Part shown: positions 10,869 to 22,167 of the stretch, in pieces
How positions within the stretch are numbered: position 1 is the first letter of the stretch
Layout of the letters: each line of letters begins with the position of its first letter
NCBI GenBank assembly: GCA_965261545.1
Contig: CBDHDF010000004.1
Span: 1 to 64,000, forward strand
From: Bdellovibrionales bacterium
GTDB taxonomy: Bacteria > Bdellovibrionota > Bdellovibrionia > Bdellovibrionales > UBA1609
Length of the DNA stretch: 64,000 nucleotides
Direction: 5' to 3'
Notes under the pieces: model-generated
What the model was told of the DNA's origin: nothing
The model's database searches: none
Seen by the model: the letters and a program-made list of their open reading frames with translations, nothing else
Program-made: the position numbers and the translations under genes

Positions 10869-11774
10869 TTACAAATTGGGTTTAAGAGCCGACAAAACAT
10901 ATTCCACAGCTAAACTACGACTCCGATTTTTAAGGTAGGCTAAACTCAAATGATTCTTGAGAGGGCGTCCTGATCCCTTAAAAACATGAAGATCACAACC
11001 CTCATCCAAAAGTTTCTGTAGCAGGTGGTTAGGGATCACCCCTGCCCCAACATGATTCATTATAAACCGCGATACTCCTTGCACGTCCATAACATGGGCT
11101 CTCACATTGAGCTTTAAATTCTTACGACGTATGTGATGGGTAAACCAAGCTCTCAAAAGAGGTTCACTGGACTCATAGGCCACATAATCCAAACTTTCAA
11201 AAAAGGCTTTTGAGTTTTTTGAAACCCCTACACCCTTGAGGTAGTTCTTGCTTGCACAAAGATCAAGAGTTTCTTCAGCGATCTTTTCCACATGAATTTT
11301 CCTATTCATGGCATAGGTATCTACAAAGGCAAAATCCAAAGTTCCTTTAAGAAGCATTTCATTCATCTCTGAGGCAAAACCCATGCGAAGGGAAAAATTC
11401 AACCCGAGGTACTCTTGACTAAGCTTGGCGAGTCGGGGAATAACAATATTATTTCCAAACTCAATGGGCATTCCCACATTAATGCGGCCCTTAACTTCAA
11501 CTTCCTTACGAGAAATATCCATCAAAGCTTCATCGAGGTCTATAAAGACGGATCGAGCTGTTTTATAAAGTCGATCCCCCGCACTTGTGGGCATAATTTT
11601 TTTATTCACTCTATCAAAGAGAAGAGTTCCTAGGGACTCCTCCAAAGATTTGATATGCTGACTTACACCGCTTTGCGTTAAATGCCTTTCCTTAGAGGCC
11701 AAAGTCATACAACGACTTCGATAAACAGACTCAAAAACTCTTAGGTTATTAAGGTTAACATTATCAAGAGACAT
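10869..11774 (-). CDS. LysR-family transcriptional regulator
   Basis: N-terminal HTH LTQSGVSQHIKSLEESLG..LFDR; 301 aa; divergent from suf. Confidence 0.9.
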   Translation of the reverse strand: MSLDNVNLNNLRVFESVYRSRCMTLASKERHLTQSGVSQHIKSLEESLGTLLFDRVNKKIMPTSAGDRLYKTARSVFIDLDEALMDISRKEVEVKGRINVGMPIEFGNNIVIPRLAKLSQEYLGLNFSLRMGFASEMNEMLLKGTLDFAFVDTYAMNRKIHVEKIAEETLDLCASKNYLKGVGVSKNSKAFFESLDYVAYESSEPLLRAWFTHHIRRKNLKLNVRAHVMDVQGVSRFIMNHVGAGVIPNHLLQKLLDEGCDLHVFKGSGRPLKNHLSLAYLKNRSRSLAVEYVLSALKPNL

Positions 11775-12056
11775 ACCTAAAACAGGACTATATCCTTAAC
11801 CAGAAGCTGTCAAGGAAGCCAAACCTTTTAGATTGCCACAACTGTACAATGGCCTTGGCCCCTAGGGTGCTGGGATAGGCCAAAGAATACTTATTTATGT
11901 TGCTTCATTCCAAGTTCTCATGTAGTTTGCAGCTATTATGAAAATTCACCGAGATTTGCAAGTTCACCAGTTGCTCCTTTTGATAGAGTGGCCTGGATTA
12001 TGCAATTTAGCTCAATGATAGTACCTCAATGAGTTCATAAAATTCAGGGAGAATAA

Positions 12057-13505
12057 ATGACTCCATCCCTTCCAAATACAGAGTACAAATATGGATTCGT
12101 CTCCAATGTGGATACGGAAACCATACCCAAGGGCCTTAATGAAGAAGTCATTGGCAAGATATCTTCAAAAAAGAATGAACCCCCATGGCTGCTTTCCTAC
12201 CGCCTCAAAGCTTATAAGAAATGGCTCGATATGAAAGAGCCCGCCTGGGCCAATATCACCTACAACAAAATAGACTACCAAGATATCAGCTATTTTTCAG
12301 CCCCCGAAAGCACCACCTATATCGATGGAGCCAAAGGAACGACCAAGTCCCTAGATGACTTGGACCCTGAACTACTAAAAACTTTTGAAAGACTTGGAAT
12401 TCCCCTCTCTGAACAAAAGAGAATAAGTGGAATTGCTGTGGACGTTGTCTTTGATAGCGTCTCTTTGGGCACCACTCATCAAGATATTTTAGAAAAATAT
12501 GGTGTTATTTTCTGCTCCATCTCTGAGGCCATCCAAAAACACCCCGAACTTGTAAAAAAGTACTTAGGCAGTGTCGTTCCCCATGGGGATAACTTCTTCT
12601 CTGCCCTGAATGGAGCTGTTTTTACAGATGGGTCCTTTTGCTATGTTCCCAAAGGCGTGAGATGCCCCATTGACCTTTCAACCTACTTCAGAATTAATGC
12701 CGCAGACACTGGGCAATTTGAAAGAACCCTTGTTGTGGCCGACGAGGGAAGCTATGTCAATTACCTCGAAGGCTGCACAGCTCCCATGAGAGATTCCAAC
12801 CAACTTCACGCCGCTGTGGTTGAACTGATCGCCCTCAAAGATGCCGAAATTAAATACTCCACTGTTCAAAATTGGTACGCCGGTGATAAAGAAGGTCGAG
12901 GAGGCATTTACAACTTTGTCACAAAACGCGGAAAGTGTGTAGGAGAAAATTCTAAAATTTCTTGGACTCAAGTGGAATCAGGGTCTGCCATCACATGGAA
13001 ATACCCCAGTGTTATTTTACAGGGTGATTACTCTGTGGGAGCTTTTTATTCCGTGGCCCTGACCCACGACTACATGCAAGCCGATACGGGCACAAAAATG
13101 ATTCATATAGGGAAAGGTACAAAAAGCACGATTATTTCCAAGGGAATCTCCACCCATCAGTCATCCAATACCTACCGTGGCCAAGTCAAAATTCTCCCAC
13201 AGGCCCATGGAGCTAGAAATTATTCCCAATGCGATTCTATGCTTGTAGGTGACAAGTGCTCCGCTCACACTCACCCCTATGTGGAGGTAAAAAATAACAC
13301 AGCCACCCTAGAACACGAAGCTTCCACCTCTAGGATTAGCGAAGATCAACTCTTTTATTTACAGTCCCGAGGAATTGACATGGAGCAATCTATATCCATG
13401 TTAGTGAATGGTTTTTGTAAAGAAGTTTTTAAACATTTACCAATGGAATTTGCCGTAGAGGCCGTTAAACTTATTGAAATGAAATTGGAAAACAGCGTGG
13501 GTTAA
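12057..13505 (+). CDS. sufB: Fe-S cluster assembly protein SufB
   Basis: [27 protein letters not shown]. Confidence 0.97.
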   Translation: MTPSLPNTEYKYGFVSNVDTETIPKGLNEEVIGKISSKKNEPPWLLSYRLKAYKKWLDMKEPAWANITYNKIDYQDISYFSAPESTTYIDGAKGTTKSLDDLDPELLKTFERLGIPLSEQKRISGIAVDVVFDSVSLGTTHQDILEKYGVIFCSISEAIQKHPELVKKYLGSVVPHGDNFFSALNGAVFTDGSFCYVPKGVRCPIDLSTYFRINAADTGQFERTLVVADEGSYVNYLEGCTAPMRDSNQLHAAVVELIALKDAEIKYSTVQNWYAGDKEGRGGIYNFVTKRGKCVGENSKISWTQVESGSAITWKYPSVILQGDYSVGAFYSVALTHDYMQADTGTKMIHIGKGTKSTIISKGISTHQSSNTYRGQVKILPQAHGARNYSQCDSMLVGDKCSAHTHPYVEVKNNTATLEHEASTSRISEDQLFYLQSRGIDMEQSISMLVNGFCKEVFKHLPMEFAVEAVKLIEMKLENSVG

Positions 13506-13563
13506 GTCTGGGCTCATCACATACACCATACCCTATAAATAACAATATACAAAGAGGCCAAAT

Positions 13564-14337
13564 GTGTTAAAAATTAAAAACCTACATGCATCGACAAAAA
13601 AGTCAACAAAAGAAAAAGAAACAAATGTTCTCAAAGGAATTAATCTAGAAATTCTAGCCGGCGAAGTTCACGCCATCATGGGGCCCAACGGCTCTGGCAA
13701 AAGCACCCTTGCCAAAGTTCTCGCCGGAAACCCAAACTACAAAGTCACAAAAGGAAGTGTCCAATATCAAATCAATCTTGAATACCAAAATTTATTAGAT
13801 CTAGAAGTTCATGAAAGAGCTAGAGAAGGCGTGTTTATGGCCTTTCAATATCCTGTAGAAATTCCCGGTGTTTCCAATTTCTCATTTTTAAACATGGCCT
13901 TTAATTCCATTTGTGAACACCAAGGAGTACCAAAGATGGAAGAACATGATTTTAAAAAATTCGTAATGGAAAAATCGAAAATTGTTGATATGAATCCTCA
14001 TTTTCTAGATCGATCTGTGAATGATGGCTTCTCGGGAGGTGAAAAAAAACGCAATGAAATATTACAAATGGCTATTTTATCTCCAAGTCTTTCCATTCTT
14101 GATGAAACAGACTCAGGTTTAGATATTGATGCCCTAAAAATTGTTTCCAAAGGTATTAATAAGCTAAAATCATCCAACAATGCCATATTGGTTATTACTC
14201 ATTATCAAAGACTATTAAACTATATCACCCCTGATTTTGTTCACGTTCTTGTCAATGGAAAAATCATTAAAACCGCAGACAAAAAATTGGCTCACAAACT
14301 TGAAAAAGAAGGATATGATTGGCTGGTACAACAATGA
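13564..14337 (+). CDS. sufC: Fe-S cluster assembly ATPase SufC
   Basis: GPNGSGKST, GFSGGEKKRNEILQ, LDETDSGLDIDAL. Confidence 0.97.
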   Translation: MLKIKNLHASTKKSTKEKETNVLKGINLEILAGEVHAIMGPNGSGKSTLAKVLAGNPNYKVTKGSVQYQINLEYQNLLDLEVHERAREGVFMAFQYPVEIPGVSNFSFLNMAFNSICEHQGVPKMEEHDFKKFVMEKSKIVDMNPHFLDRSVNDGFSGGEKKRNEILQMAILSPSLSILDETDSGLDIDALKIVSKGINKLKSSNNAILVITHYQRLLNYITPDFVHVLVNGKIIKTADKKLAHKLEKEGYDWLVQQ

Positions 14338-15689
14338 ATTCCCATAAATCTTTCACAAACCGAAAACAATGGACCCAACTTTCCCAGCTTGAGACCTTTC
14401 AAAAAGAATGTCACGAAAAATTCCTTAACCTTCAGATTCCTACCCAAAAAGATGAAAAATGGAAATACACCAAAATACCCTTCCTCAAAGAATCAAATTT
14501 TAAAGAATTGAATTTTATTCAACCACAGACTTCCTTATCCTTCTCAGACCTTTCCCCCCTTCATTGCATTCAATTTATTCGAAAAAGTAAAAGCAACCTC
14601 ATCGTCATCGAAAATGGACAATTGAGACAAGATCTCTGTGAAATTGTCGACAATGACTTACACTTAAGTATCACAAGAGGACTCAACCTTTCTCCAAAGA
14701 CCTTAGAGAAATTTATCTATGAAAACGAATCATTTTTTTCGCTGATGAATAGCGCCTTATTTTGCGATACCTGTCACCTCCATATCACCAAGAAAGCCAA
14801 TATCCAAAGACCCATTTTTATCATTCAAATCCATGGAGACCATGCAAAAAATTTGCACCACAAAGACTTACATAGAGACTTGTTACCTAAAGACTTGGGG
14901 GTTTCTTTTCCCCACCTACTTATTGAGCTTGAGGAGGGGGTCTCTACCTCTCTTGCTGAAATTCACATAGACCATATAAACTACAAGGATAAGACGAAAA
15001 ATAATAATGCGATTCAAAATTTTGTCAATTCTCAAACTCTCATCCATCTCAAGGAACATGCCAAATTGAATTATTTGAAATGTCAAGACAAGAGCCTTTC
15101 TAGTTATAGCTATTCTAAGATCAATATTGACTTGAAGCAAAGAGCAAATCTTCAGTTTTTAAGTTTAGATTTAGGAAGCTTATGGTCTCGCCAAGACCTT
15201 ACTCTTCGCCATAGAGAAAGGGCCGCCACCTCTCAAGTCCACGGACTTTATATGGCCTCAGAAGAATCACATATCGACTGTTACACTTCCATTGAACATG
15301 AAAAAGGGCAAGGAGTAAGCCACCAACTTTACAAGGGCATCCTCAATGATAAGGCCAAAGCTGTTTTCAATGGACGTATTTTCATCGCCCCTCAAGCTCA
15401 AAAAGTGAACTCAAGTCAACTTAACAAGAACTTACTCTTAAGCCACGAAGCTGAGGTTAATACCAAGCCCGAATTTGAAATTTACGCCGACGATGTGAAA
15501 GCGACCCACGGCGCCACCATAGGACGGGTGAATGAAGAAGAAATATTCTATCTTATGAGTCGAGGAATACCAAAACAACAAGCTGAATCCCTTTTGATAA
15601 AGGGATTTTTTGAAAACCTTGTCATGGATATGGAAGTTCCTGAATTTTGTCAATTGGCCTCAGAAATGATGACCCAACACCTGAAGTAA
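14334..15689 (+). CDS. sufD: Fe-S cluster assembly protein SufD
   Basis: EKWKYT, AVFNGRI, PEFEIYADDVKATHGAT; ATGA overlap with the sufC stop. Confidence 0.93.
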   Translation: MNSHKSFTNRKQWTQLSQLETFQKECHEKFLNLQIPTQKDEKWKYTKIPFLKESNFKELNFIQPQTSLSFSDLSPLHCIQFIRKSKSNLIVIENGQLRQDLCEIVDNDLHLSITRGLNLSPKTLEKFIYENESFFSLMNSALFCDTCHLHITKKANIQRPIFIIQIHGDHAKNLHHKDLHRDLLPKDLGVSFPHLLIELEEGVSTSLAEIHIDHINYKDKTKNNNAIQNFVNSQTLIHLKEHAKLNYLKCQDKSLSSYSYSKINIDLKQRANLQFLSLDLGSLWSRQDLTLRHRERAATSQVHGLYMASEESHIDCYTSIEHEKGQGVSHQLYKGILNDKAKAVFNGRIFIAPQAQKVNSSQLNKNLLLSHEAEVNTKPEFEIYADDVKATHGATIGRVNEEEIFYLMSRGIPKQQAESLLIKGFFENLVMDMEVPEFCQLASEMMTQHLK

Positions 15690-15784
15690 AGTTCTCTTGA
15701 AGTAGAATTCTCTGAAAAAATTATCTAAAGGAAGCCCTCTAAAGGAAAGCCTCTAAAAAATAAAAGAATTGAAAGTAAATCGAA

Positions 15785-17044
15785 ATGAAAAAAGGAATGA
15801 AAGAAATCGAAGAGAATAAAAAGATAGAAAATGTTGGGATTGAGAGTCTCAGGCAAGATTTCCCCCAGTTGAAGGTAAAAATTCGGTCCCATCCACTTAT
15901 TTATTTAGACAATGCAGCCACGTCTCTCAAACCCAAAGTGGTTTCTGATAGGATCGCCAAGGTATTGCAAGAAGAATCCTCCAATATTCACCGAGGGGCT
16001 CACTATCTAAGTGACCAACTCACAACCCAATACGAAGAGGGTCGCCAAAGTGTTGCTCAGTTCATATCAGCAAAAGAAGCTGAAGAAGTCATTTTCACCA
16101 AGGGAACCACAGAATCCATAAACCTTGTGGCCAGCTCATTGGGAGAAACCTTTTCTGAGGGGGATGAAATTCTTATTACAGAAATGGAACATCACTCCAA
16201 TATTATTCCCTGGCAACTTCTGTGCAAAAAGCAAGGACTTCGCTTAAAAGTGGCTCCCATCGAAGATGATGGCTCCATTGACCTTGAAAAGTTTCGCTCC
16301 TCCTTAACGCCAAGAACCCGCCTCGCCTCTTTTGCTTATATATCCAATGTCCTAGGCATGGAAAACCCTATAAAAGCCATGGTTAGCCTTGCCAAAGAAC
16401 AAGGGGCACTGACCTTTATTGATGCTGCCCAAGCCATAAATTGCTTAAAAATAGACGTACAAGACTTACAATGCGATTTTTTAGCTTTCTCAAGTCACAA
16501 AGTCTTTGGTCCCTTTGGAGTCGGTGTTTTGTGGGGAAAAAAGGAACACCTTCATGCCCTTGCTCCTTACCAAGGGGGAGGGGGGATGATTTCTACAGTG
16601 GAGTTTGAAGAATCCAATTACCTACCCCCACCCCACCGGTTTGAAGCAGGAACTCCAAATATTTGTGGCGTCATAGGTCTTAAATCAGCATTGGATTATA
16701 TCTCACGCTGGGACTTAAGCAGCCTACGCCATCATGAATTTATTCTAACACAAAGAGCCCATGAAGGATTGAAAAATATGGGAAAGGTTCAATTTGTATC
16801 CTCCCCCCAAAAATCCATCAATATAGTTTCATTCGTTTTTAAAAATATTCACCCAGGAGATATGGGCCACCTTTTAGATCAACAAGGTGTGGCTATACGT
16901 ACAGGACATCACTGCGCCCAGCCCTTGATGAAGAGATTCGGCCTTACAGGAACCATTCGAGCTTCTTTTTCCATTTACAATAACAACGATGATGTGGATA
17001 CCTTCCTCACAGCTGTAAAAAAGGCCAAAGATTTATTATCTTAA
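15785..17044 (+). CDS. sufS: Cysteine desulfurase SufS
   Basis: YLDNAATS, FSSHK, RTGHHCAQP. Confidence 0.95.
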   Translation: MKKGMKEIEENKKIENVGIESLRQDFPQLKVKIRSHPLIYLDNAATSLKPKVVSDRIAKVLQEESSNIHRGAHYLSDQLTTQYEEGRQSVAQFISAKEAEEVIFTKGTTESINLVASSLGETFSEGDEILITEMEHHSNIIPWQLLCKKQGLRLKVAPIEDDGSIDLEKFRSSLTPRTRLASFAYISNVLGMENPIKAMVSLAKEQGALTFIDAAQAINCLKIDVQDLQCDFLAFSSHKVFGPFGVGVLWGKKEHLHALAPYQGGGGMISTVEFEESNYLPPPHRFEAGTPNICGVIGLKSALDYISRWDLSSLRHHEFILTQRAHEGLKNMGKVQFVSSPQKSINIVSFVFKNIHPGDMGHLLDQQGVAIRTGHHCAQPLMKRFGLTGTIRASFSIYNNNDDVDTFLTAVKKAKDLLS

Positions 17045-17095
17045 AAAACACTACTTTTAGAAAGACCAACAAGAAGACACAAAGGAAACACAATT

Positions 17096-17722
17096 ATGAT
17101 AAAAAAACCTCGTTTCGACACAATCGACGAAGATCTCATTACAACAGAGGATATCATTGTACAGTCCCAAGAAACACCAAATCCCCATGCCTTAAAATTC
17201 ATTGTGAATAGACCCTTAAAATTGGAAGGTAAGGCCACCTTCAAAGTAGATTCACCACGACAAGGACTTAAGCTCATTGAATCCGTTTTTGAAATCAAAG
17301 GAACTCAACAGGTCTACATTCAAGGATCTACTTTAACTTTCACGCACTCAGGTCAACTTGATAATGATGATGTGAGAAGACATATGGAGTCCATTCTTAA
17401 AACAAGGCTTCCTGTTCACAATCCATCCTTTGAAATGGAAGACAAAACACTGCCAAACCAAAAAAGTCAGCCATCACTCAAAAAAAATACCCATGGAGTC
17501 CTTAACGAAATTGAGGAAATACTCGATCGAACCATAAGACCAGGACTCCAAGCCGACGGAGGAGACCTTGAAATCATGAGCTACAAAGACAATGAATTGT
17601 GTATTCTCTACCAAGGTGCCTGCGGAGGATGCCCCAGTGCAATGATGGGAACTCTCGATGCCATTCAAAGTATCTTAAGGCATGAACTAAACAATTCTGA
17701 TTTAAAGGTCATCCCTCTCTAG
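17096..17722 (+). CDS. NfuA/NifU-family Fe-S carrier
   Basis: TPNPHALKF N-domain; IRPGLQADGGD and GACGGCPS. Confidence 0.9.
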   Translation: MIKKPRFDTIDEDLITTEDIIVQSQETPNPHALKFIVNRPLKLEGKATFKVDSPRQGLKLIESVFEIKGTQQVYIQGSTLTFTHSGQLDNDDVRRHMESILKTRLPVHNPSFEMEDKTLPNQKSQPSLKKNTHGVLNEIEEILDRTIRPGLQADGGDLEIMSYKDNELCILYQGACGGCPSAMMGTLDAIQSILRHELNNSDLKVIPL

Positions 17723-17805
17723 CCCACATTTCTCGGAACTTTGCCAAGGTCTAAAAAGTTCTAAAACTAAGTGACTTAGGTCCTAATAACAGATAACTTC
17801 TGTTT

Positions 17806-20676
17806 ATGAGAAAAATATTGACCAAAATTTTAGGCACTCAACACGAAAGGGCTTTAAAAACCCTTCAACCCCACGTGAAAAAAATCAACTCCCTAGAGGC
17901 TGCAACCAAATCTCTATCAAATAGCCAACTCCAGGGGAAGACCGCAGAGTTCAAAGAAAAACTCGATCAAGGAGCCACACTGGATGATATTTGCCATGAA
18001 GCCTTTGCTGTTTGTCGTGAAGCATCATGGAGACAGCTGGGAATGCGCCACTACGATGTGCAACTTATCGGCGGCCTCGTTCTCCACAAGGGCACCATCG
18101 CTGAAATGAGAACTGGTGAAGGCAAAACTCTCGTGGCCACCCTACCTATCTACCTCAATGGTTTGAGTGGAAGGGGGACCCACATTGTCACTGTCAACGA
18201 TTACTTGGCTTCCCGCGACTGTGAGTGGATGGGGCATATCTATCGTTGGTTAGGGCTCTCCACAGGAACCATCGTTCACGACACTTCAAACCAAGAACGA
18301 AAAGATGCCTACGCTGCCGATATCACCTACGGCACAAACAATGAATTTGGCTTTGACTATTTACGAGATAATATGAAATTTCACATTGACGACTACGTTC
18401 AAAGAGAACTTCATTACGCCATTGTCGATGAATGTGACTCCATCCTCATTGATGAATCGAGAACTCCCTTAATTATTTCAGGCCCTTCAGAAGATTCTAT
18501 TGATAAGTATTACGAAATTAATAAAATTATTCCCCACTTAAAAAATGAAATCCATTTTACCATGGAGGAAAAAACAAAAACTGCCTCTCTCACCGAAGAG
18601 GGCAATGCCAAGGTCGAAGAGCTTCTTAACATTGGAAACATTTTTGAACCTGAAAACTTACCCCTTCTCCACCACATCTACCAAGGCTTGAAGGCCCACC
18701 ACCTTTTTAAAAGAGATGTAGACTATATGATAAAAGATGGTGAAATCATCATTGTGGATGAATTTACCGGTCGACTCATGGAGGGGCGTCGTTGGAGCGA
18801 TGGACTTCACCAAGCTGTGGAGGCCAAAGAGGGAGTCAACATCCGCAGTGAAAATCAAACCCTAGCCACCATCACTTTTCAAAACTATTTTAGAATGTAC
18901 AGCAAACTAGCAGGTATGACTGGAACCGCTGAAACAGAATCCATTGAATTTAAAAAAATCTACAACCTCAACGTCATGGTGATTCCCACCAACAAACCTA
19001 TTCAGCGTCTCGATCACAACGACGTCATTTACAAAACAGAACATGCCAAATTCAAAGCCATTGCCGAAGATATCAAAGATTGTAGCAAAAAGGGCCAACC
19101 TGTTCTGGTGGGAACTGTAAGCATTGAAAAATCTGAAAAAATTAGCCGTGCTCTTCAAAAGGCCAGTATTACCCACAATGTTCTCAATGCAAAACACCAT
19201 GAACACGAAGCCGAAATTGTAGCCCAAGCGGGGCGTAAAAACGCCGTCACCATTGCCACAAATATGGCAGGTCGTGGAACAGATATCGTCCTCGGTGGAA
19301 ACTCTGAATTCCTAGCTAAAAGAGATGCCAAAAAAGACTGGGACGAGCAACACATTGAAGAGCAAATTCAAAAATACACAAAACAATGTGAAGACGAAAA
19401 ACAAGAGGTCATAGAGGCAGGGGGTCTCTATATTATCGGCACAGAGCGCCATGAATCACGTCGTATTGATAACCAATTAAGGGGAAGGTCGGGACGTCAA
19501 GGCGACCCTGGTGCATCCCGTTTTTACCTTTCCCTTGAAGATGACCTCATGAGAATCTTTAATGGAGAAAGACTTCAAAAAATCATGAGCACCCTGAAAG
19601 TACCCGATGATGAGCCCATTATGGCAGGCATGGTGACCCGAGCCATTGAAGGAGCCCAAAAAAAAGTCGAGGGCCACAATTTTGATATTCGTAAACATCT
19701 TCTTGAATACGATGATGTCATGAATCAACAAAGAACTTTTATCTACAATTTACGCCGAAATATTCTTCAGGGAAATGATATCGAGCGTACAACCCTTGAT
19801 ATGCTGGGGGAAGTCACCTCCACCATCCTAGATACTTTTGCCCATGATGAGGCCAAACCTGAAAATTGGAATCTTGTGGGTCTTAAAACAGCCCTCATTC
19901 AACAGTTTGGCCTTCAATGGGATGTCCCTGTCCCCCAAATGAGTAGCCAAATGACCAATGAGATGATTACTCAAATAACCCCTCAAACGACGAATCAGGC
20001 GGACCACCTGGTGGCTACCCAAGCCACCCATCAAGCAATGAATCAAACAACCCATCGAATGGCTAATCAAATGACTCCTCAGGCAGCGAATCAAATGACT
20101 CATCAAACTAACGACCAACTCACTGCGAGTGTTGGCTCCAGCGTTAAGGATGCCTATGACCATCAAAAGAAAGAACTTGGTGACTTCTTCCCCCAAATTC
20201 AAAGGATGATTCTGCTTGAAACCATTGACAATAAATGGAAGGAGCATCTTGCGCAAATGGATCAACTCAAAGAAGGAATCAATTTGCGTGCCTATGCTCA
20301 AAAAGACCCTCTTATTGAGTACAAAAAAGAAGCCTTTAGGGCCTTTGAAATGGTCAACCACCTTATTCGCACAGAATCCATTGAAAAAATAATGAAAGTC
20401 CAAATTGTTTCTGAAGATCAGGTAAAAGAACCCATGCACCAAGAAGAATTTTCTGACAACTACCAATACCAAGGAGGAGAAGAGCCTGGAACCTCTCCCT
20501 TTTTCGACACAGGATGGCCCTTAGAAGCAGCCGCCCAGCAAAATCACACAACGACGCCTTCGACGCCCCCCCCCCCATCTGCTACGAAAAAAGACCCTCC
20601 ACCCAATCGTGCTGAACGACGTCGTCTTGAACGTCTGTCTAAGAAAAAGCGCCATCGACAAACTCTCAACTCCTAG
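17806..20676 (+). CDS. secA: Preprotein translocase ATPase SecA
   Basis: MRTGEGKT, TNMAGRGTDI, HESRRIDNQLRGRSGRQGDPG. Confidence 0.98.
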   Translation: MRKILTKILGTQHERALKTLQPHVKKINSLEAATKSLSNSQLQGKTAEFKEKLDQGATLDDICHEAFAVCREASWRQLGMRHYDVQLIGGLVLHKGTIAEMRTGEGKTLVATLPIYLNGLSGRGTHIVTVNDYLASRDCEWMGHIYRWLGLSTGTIVHDTSNQERKDAYAADITYGTNNEFGFDYLRDNMKFHIDDYVQRELHYAIVDECDSILIDESRTPLIISGPSEDSIDKYYEINKIIPHLKNEIHFTMEEKTKTASLTEEGNAKVEELLNIGNIFEPENLPLLHHIYQGLKAHHLFKRDVDYMIKDGEIIIVDEFTGRLMEGRRWSDGLHQAVEAKEGVNIRSENQTLATITFQNYFRMYSKLAGMTGTAETESIEFKKIYNLNVMVIPTNKPIQRLDHNDVIYKTEHAKFKAIAEDIKDCSKKGQPVLVGTVSIEKSEKISRALQKASITHNVLNAKHHEHEAEIVAQAGRKNAVTIATNMAGRGTDIVLGGNSEFLAKRDAKKDWDEQHIEEQIQKYTKQCEDEKQEVIEAGGLYIIGTERHESRRIDNQLRGRSGRQGDPGASRFYLSLEDDLMRIFNGERLQKIMSTLKVPDDEPIMAGMVTRAIEGAQKKVEGHNFDIRKHLLEYDDVMNQQRTFIYNLRRNILQGNDIERTTLDMLGEVTSTILDTFAHDEAKPENWNLVGLKTALIQQFGLQWDVPVPQMSSQMTNEMITQITPQTTNQADHLVATQATHQAMNQTTHRMANQMTPQAANQMTHQTNDQLTASVGSSVKDAYDHQKKELGDFFPQIQRMILLETIDNKWKEHLAQMDQLKEGINLRAYAQKDPLIEYKKEAFRAFEMVNHLIRTESIEKIMKVQIVSEDQVKEPMHQEEFSDNYQYQGGEEPGTSPFFDTGWPLEAAAQQNHTTTPSTPPPPSATKKDPPPNRAERRRLERLSKKKRHRQTLNS

Positions 20677-20689
20677 GTATGTAAAAATT

Positions 20690-21079
20690 TTAATTCTTGG
20701 GCATGTAAGAAGCCCCTTGAAACACAACACCTTCATCAATTCTTAAACTAGGGCTTGTCACTGTTCCCCTAAAAATAGCTGGGGTGTGCATAATAATGCG
20801 CTGTCGAGCCAAGACATGACCTTCAAAAAAGCCACTAATAATAACAATATCCGCCTCAACCTGAGCTTTAACCCTCGCACCTGGGTTGATAACAAGGGTG
20901 TCATTGGTGAAGATTTCCCCCTTGAATTCACCCCCCATTCTCACTGTGCCTTCAAAACTCAATCGCCCTTCAAAAGAAGTGCCATAGCCCAACAGGGCTG
21001 TCACTTGATCCATTTTAATATTTTCAAGTCCAACAGAACCAGCAGAGAATTTTGGCTCAATAACTTCTAAATCTTCCAT
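20690..21079 (-). CDS. Bactofilin (polymer-forming cytoskeletal protein)
   Basis: GTSFEGRLSFEGTVRMGGEFKGEI...IDEGVVFQG pattern; downstream of parB. Confidence 0.88.
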   Translation of the reverse strand: MEDLEVIEPKFSAGSVGLENIKMDQVTALLGYGTSFEGRLSFEGTVRMGGEFKGEIFTNDTLVINPGARVKAQVEADIVIISGFFEGHVLARQRIIMHTPAIFRGTVTSPSLRIDEGVVFQGASYMPKN

Positions 21080-21120
21080 ACTCCAAACCTCTCACACTCC
21101 CTTAGCTTTGCACATTTCCC

Positions 21121-22167
21121 CTAAGCCTTGCACACTTCCCTCAGTTGATCAACCACCTGATTAAGTTCATCATCACTATAGTAGTGTATTGACAGCTGAC
21201 CTCGACCTTTTTTGTAATCAATGGTGACCTTTGTTCCCAACAGCCTTTGAAGTTCCTCAGAGAGTCCTTTGATAAGTTTCTGAGAAGTATTGAAATGATT
21301 TGTCTGATCTGCTGTTTGCAAAGCACCACCTTCGCCCTTATCTTTAGCGTTCTCAGTGCCTTCCAAATCACTCCAATCATTTAGATGATGAAGATTATCA
21401 AAATCTTTGCTATTGAGTTTTGCTATAAGTTTCTCAGCACGACGAACTGACATGTTTTCATCAACTATTTTTTGAGCCACCTTTAATTGCCATTTCTCAT
21501 TGATAATAGGCACAAGAAGCTTTGCCATACCTTTAGACAACTGGGATTCACTCACCATTTTCTGCACAAAAGAACTTAAGTTTAACAAACGAACCATGTT
21601 GGCAATACTTACCCTATCTTTTCCCACTCGCTTAGCCAGCTCTTGTTGAGTTAACTTGTATTCATCCATTAAAAATCGATAGGCCTCAGCTTCTTCAATG
21701 ACATTTAAGTCTTCCCTTTGAATATTTTCTATAAGTGCCAATTCAAGAGTGCTCTGATCGTCAGCCCCTTTTAAAATCACAGGCACTTCGTGCAAACCTG
21801 CCGCTTGGGCAGCTCTCCACCGCCTCTCTCCCGCAATGATTTCAAATTTATCTTGGGACAATCGCCTTACAACAATGGGCTGGAGAATCCCTTTCTCTTT
21901 AATGGAGGAAGATAGCGAGGCAAGGGCCTCACCTTCAAAGACCTTTCTAGGCTGATTTCTATTGCCTACAATCTTGTCAACGGGAACTTGCCAAATGCGA
22001 GTTCCATCATCGTCCATGGTTTGGAATGTCTCCATTTTAGAAGGCTCTTTTAAAGAGGTATGACTCTCTGGAGAAATATGATTTTCCACTCCTAAAAGAC
22101 TACCTAAGCCACGCCCCAAAGCTTGCTTTTGTTTCTTATTTTTAGTTTGTGAACTCACTGTGCCCAT
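21121..22167 (-). CDS. parB: Chromosome partitioning protein ParB
   Basis: ALGRGLGSLL, IIAGERRWRAA, ALIENIQREDL. Confidence 0.97.
   Translation of the reverse strand: MGTVSSQTKNKKQKQALGRGLGSLLGVENHISPESHTSLKEPSKMETFQTMDDDGTRIWQVPVDKIVGNRNQPRKVFEGEALASLSSSIKEKGILQPIVVRRLSQDKFEIIAGERRWRAAQAAGLHEVPVILKGADDQSTLELALIENIQREDLNVIEEAEAYRFLMDEYKLTQQELAKRVGKDRVSIANMVRLLNLSSFVQKMVSESQLSKGMAKLLVPIINEKWQLKVAQKIVDENMSVRRAEKLIAKLNSKDFDNLHHLNDWSDLEGTENAKDKGEGGALQTADQTNHFNTSQKLIKGLSEELQRLLGTKVTIDYKKGRGQLSIHYYSDDELNQVVDQLREVCKA

Noticed and set aside
19828..20472. 214-aa antisense ORF in secA and similar short antisense ORFs throughout
   Set aside because: Shadows of well-supported genes with no independent motifs.
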